A stretch of 64,000 bases of DNA, taken from the NCBI GenBank assembly GCA_041661965.1, contig JBAZTH010000001.1, forward strand, positions 159,360-223,359, read 5' to 3'. The notes under the pieces were generated by a model. The model was not told where the DNA came from. It was given only the letters and a program-made list of their open reading frames with translations, and did not search any database. The translations under genes and the position numbers were made by a program. This DNA is from Candidatus Margulisiibacteriota bacterium. GTDB taxonomy: Bacteria > Margulisbacteria > WOR-1 > O2-12-FULL-45-9 > XYB2-FULL-48-7. The stretch's first letter is position 1, and each line of letters opens with the position of its first letter. Below are positions 61,163-64,000 of the stretch, piece by piece.

Positions 61163-62488
61163 ATGAGAAAGACAATCGGATCTTCTTTCGTTCTTGTCCT
61201 GGTTCTTGTCCTGGCGGCGCAGGGCTTGACCCTGAAAGAGAGCCTCGACCTGGCGAACAGGAACAATCCAACGGTTATCGCCGCCCAAAAGAAACAAGCG
61301 GCGGCCGGCGCTAAGCTCGGCCAGGCGACCGGCGCTTTTTTGCCGACCATTAAATTAGACGCCAATTACAGTAAATCATATACCCAGCCGTCGCTTATCC
61401 AGTTCACCGTCCCAACCTCAACGGGTTCGGTAACGCAGTCGTTCACTTCCGGCACCGATTCGACCGTTACTTCGAACAGCTGGACCGCTTCGCTTAACCA
61501 GCCGCTTTTTGTCGCCGCTCTCTGGCCGGGTTTGAGTTTGGCCCGGAAAGGGGTTGAGTTGGCCGATGAGGAATTGAAAAAAGTCCAGCTGGAGTCGGCG
61601 TTCAACGTCACGCAATCCTATTTCGGTGTTTTGAAAGCCGAAAAGTTCGTAAAACTTTCGCAGGAGTCAAAAGAGATGGCGCAGTCCCATCTTAATCAGG
61701 TCAAGGCGATGTTTTCGGCCGGGGTCGCCACCCGGGCCGATCTGCTGCGGGGCGAGGTCCAACTCGCTAATACCGACGTCAGCCTGACTAAAGCAAAAAA
61801 CGGCCTGGAACTGGCCAAAGACGCTTTCAACAACGCTCTTGGCCGCGATTTGGAGCAGACTGTCGCGCTGGAAGACGGGTCATTGTCGGGCGCGATCGCT
61901 GCGCTTCCTGAATACCAGGACCTTTTTAAGCTGGCGCTGGCTAACCGGCCGGAGTGGCGCCAGTTCCAGTTGAACAAAAAGATCGTGGAAGAAACTTTGC
62001 GGATCTCGCAAGTTGAATACTACCCGACCATTTTTCTGGTCGGCCAGATCGGTAACCGGGGGATGGAATACCCGGGTTATAATTCTTCGGTCAATTCCTG
62101 GTCGGTTGCCGGGGTCGGTTCCTGGGCCCTTTTTGACGGTTTCGGCCGGGAGAACCGGATCAAGGAAAACGGCGCCAATCTCGAGGTCCAGACCGCCAAT
62201 GAAGATCAGTTCAGGAGCGGGCTCGCCCTGGAAGTCCGCGATATTTATTTGACCATTAAGAGCGCCCTGGAAATTATCAATTCGGCCGAAAAGGCGGTCA
62301 CTTCCGCGGCGGAAAGCTACAAAGTTTCGGCCTCCCGCTATAATTCCGGGGTCGGGACGAATATCGAAGTTCTCGACGCTCAAGTTGCCCTGACCCAGGC
62401 GAAGATCAATCATCTTCAATCCTTATTCGACCTGGAGATCGCGAAAGCTAAACTAAATAAAATAGTCGGAAGAGAGGTTGTGCTATGA
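61163..62488 (+). CDS. tolC: TolC-family outer-membrane efflux protein
   Basis: It has a signal peptide, two TolC repeats and coiled-coil heptads. Confidence 0.88.
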   Translation: MRKTIGSSFVLVLVLVLAAQGLTLKESLDLANRNNPTVIAAQKKQAAAGAKLGQATGAFLPTIKLDANYSKSYTQPSLIQFTVPTSTGSVTQSFTSGTDSTVTSNSWTASLNQPLFVAALWPGLSLARKGVELADEELKKVQLESAFNVTQSYFGVLKAEKFVKLSQESKEMAQSHLNQVKAMFSAGVATRADLLRGEVQLANTDVSLTKAKNGLELAKDAFNNALGRDLEQTVALEDGSLSGAIAALPEYQDLFKLALANRPEWRQFQLNKKIVEETLRISQVEYYPTIFLVGQIGNRGMEYPGYNSSVNSWSVAGVGSWALFDGFGRENRIKENGANLEVQTANEDQFRSGLALEVRDIYLTIKSALEIINSAEKAVTSAAESYKVSASRYNSGVGTNIEVLDAQVALTQAKINHLQSLFDLEIAKAKLNKIVGREVVL

Positions 62489-63462
62489 AAAAAAACCGCC
62501 GTTGGTTATGGTTGATCCTGATCGTGATCGTCGTTTTGATCGGCTGGCGAGTCGCCGCTAACTGGCTGAACCGCGATGTTGTTTCCGTCAAGGCCGCGCC
62601 GGTCGCCCTGACTTCGATCGAAGAGATCATCGCGGCCAGCGGAACGGTTGACGCGCCGATCTATGAGCTGGGAACAAAAATCGGGGGGAAGCTCTCAAAC
62701 TTAAAGGTTAAAGAGGGGGATCGCGTGAACAAAGGCCAGTTGTTGGCCGAATTCGACAGTTACGAGCAGGCCCGGAACGATTTTGAGCGGACCCGCCAGC
62801 TTTACAAAGACGGGGCGGCCAGCAAACAGGCTTACGATGCCGCCAAAACAATGTTCGACGCTTCGCGGATCGTCGCGCCGAACAAGGGGGTCGTGGCCAA
62901 GATCGATTATCGGGAGGGGGAAACGGTCGTTCCGGGACAGCCGGCGATTGTCGTCGTCAATTACGATAATTCCTGGGTTGAGGCCCAGATTGACGAGATC
63001 GATATCGCCAACGTTAAGATCGGCGATCAGGTCAAGATCTTTTCCGATGTCTACGCCGCCAGAAATTTTCTGGGGGAGATCTACTGGATCGCTCCTTTGG
63101 CCGAACTGCGCCGGGTCGGCGGCCGGATCAAAATGGACGAAGAGTCTTATGTCTTTCCCTGCAAGATCAAGTTCCTGAACGGCCACGAAGAGCTTAAGGC
63201 CAATATGACCGTTAACGTTGAGATCGTGACCCGGGCCAAAAGTTCGGCGGTTGTCGTGCCGCGCGAAGCGTTGCTTAGCCGTGATGACGCGCAGTATGTT
63301 TTTACGGTCAAAAATAACCGAACTTACGAGAACAAGATCGTGATCGGCCTCCGTTCCTATACCAGCGTCGAAGCGATCAGCGGCGTTCTGGCGGGGGACA
63401 AGGTTGCGATTACCAACGTAGCCAAGTTGAAAAACAAAGGCAGGGTTAAGATTGAACAATGA
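62485..63462 (+). CDS. Efflux periplasmic adaptor (MacA-like, HlyD/RND MFP family)
   Basis: An N-terminal TM segment, lipoyl-like and beta-barrel motifs, and an ATGA overlap with tolC. Confidence 0.85.
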   Translation: MKKNRRWLWLILIVIVVLIGWRVAANWLNRDVVSVKAAPVALTSIEEIIAASGTVDAPIYELGTKIGGKLSNLKVKEGDRVNKGQLLAEFDSYEQARNDFERTRQLYKDGAASKQAYDAAKTMFDASRIVAPNKGVVAKIDYREGETVVPGQPAIVVVNYDNSWVEAQIDEIDIANVKIGDQVKIFSDVYAARNFLGEIYWIAPLAELRRVGGRIKMDEESYVFPCKIKFLNGHEELKANMTVNVEIVTRAKSSAVVVPREALLSRDDAQYVFTVKNNRTYENKIVIGLRSYTSVEAISGVLAGDKVAITNVAKLKNKGRVKIEQ

Positions 63463-64000
63463 CGCGGTCGTCACGATAAATAACGTCACCAAAACCTATC
63501 TGATGGGGAAGGTCGAGGTCCGGGCCCTGCAGGGTATCAGCCTGGTGGTAAAGAGAGGGGAGTTTCTTTCGATTATGGGACCGTCCGGCTGCGGCAAGTC
63601 GACGATGATGCACATTGTCGGCTGTCTTGACCGGCCGACGACCGGCAGAGTTCTTTTAGATGATATCGATATTAATAAGCTTGATGACAACAGCCTAGCC
63701 GAGATCCGCAACAAGAAGGTTGGCTTTGTCTTTCAAACTTTTAACCTCCTCCCTAAACTGAACGCGGTCGAGAACGTGGAATTGCCGCTGATCTATGCCG
63801 GTCTAAAGCCTGATGAGCGGCGGGAAAGAGCTTTGGAACTTTTAGAGATGGTCGGGCTTAAGGAGCGAGCTTTCCATCGGCCTCCGGAAATGTCGGGGGG
63901 GCAGAGCCAGCGGGTGGCGATCGCCCGGGCGCTGGCCAACAATCCCTCGATCATCATGGCGGACGAGCCGACCGGCAATCTTGATTCCAAAAGCGGCGAA
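63452..64000 (+). CDS. MacB/LolD-type ABC ATP-binding protein, N-terminal part (3' end outside window)
   Basis: TTG start overlapping the adaptor stop. Contains the Walker A GPSGCGKST, the signature MSGGQSQRVAIARAL and the Walker B IIMADEPTGNLD. Confidence 0.85.
   Translation, partial: MNNDAVVTINNVTKTYLMGKVEVRALQGISLVVKRGEFLSIMGPSGCGKSTMMHIVGCLDRPTTGRVLLDDIDINKLDDNSLAEIRNKKVGFVFQTFNLLPKLNAVENVELPLIYAGLKPDERRERALELLEMVGLKERAFHRPPEMSGGQSQRVAIARALANNPSIIMADEPTGNLDSKSGE

Noticed and set aside
1-64000. A search for CRISPR arrays, rRNA genes, transposases, integrases, reverse transcriptases, phage structural genes and recognisable named defence systems.
   Set aside because: I found no regularly spaced direct repeats of 24-40 nt, no rRNA-like sequence, and no ORF with DDE, tyrosine- or serine-recombinase, or RT motifs. 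The only mobile-like signals are the short repeat families and the 0.7-kb cassette reported above.

Overview
This 64-kb window is a compact chromosomal segment from a diderm, probably anaerobic bacterium. Supporting genes include TolC, a beta-barrel OMP ending in F, rubrerythrin, GatCAB and a short MetH without an activation domain. Lineage cannot be assigned from sequence alone. I call 72 CDS and 2 tRNAs (Arg-CCG and a CAU tRNA). I saw no rRNA, CRISPR array, transposase, integrase or phage genes. Most genes are housekeeping: gpmI, eda, lpdA, gatCAB, tsaD/tsaE/tsaB/rimI, mutM, secDF, the iscR-nifS-iscU-mnmA sulfur cluster, nadA, tilS-folP-folK and metH. There are also two Ktr/Trk K+ uptake loci, a P-type Ca-ATPase, and a YbhGFSR-like plus TolC plus MacAB-like efflux block. 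No recognisable named defence or mobile system is present. The items most worth a second look are these: (1) a REP-like family of bulged hairpins with compensatory stem changes, present as an exact 39-mer pair, a four-unit cluster, an inverted doublet and one copy inside a signal-peptide coding region; (2) an AT-rich 0.7-kb two-gene cassette (small ORF plus minimal nucleotidyltransferase) bracketed by a 21-bp direct repeat that duplicates the lpdA 3' end; (3) a translationally coupled three-gene operon of unknown function, made of an internally duplicated protein, a four-zinc-ribbon protein and a further zinc-ribbon protein, followed by an alpha/beta-hydrolase and radical-SAM pair; (4) a secreted ORFan wedged between gatA and gatB with start/stop overlaps on both sides; (5) a 412-aa nucleotidyltransferase fusion protein in visibly AT-richer DNA; (6) a 60-nt nested palindrome inserted in frame in the MetH interdomain linker; (7) a recurrent extended -10 (TGnTATAAT) placed 6-7 nt before start codons, implying widespread leaderless mRNAs. 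Several other short repeat families are also reported. All functional assignments rest on motif recognition by eye and need database confirmation.
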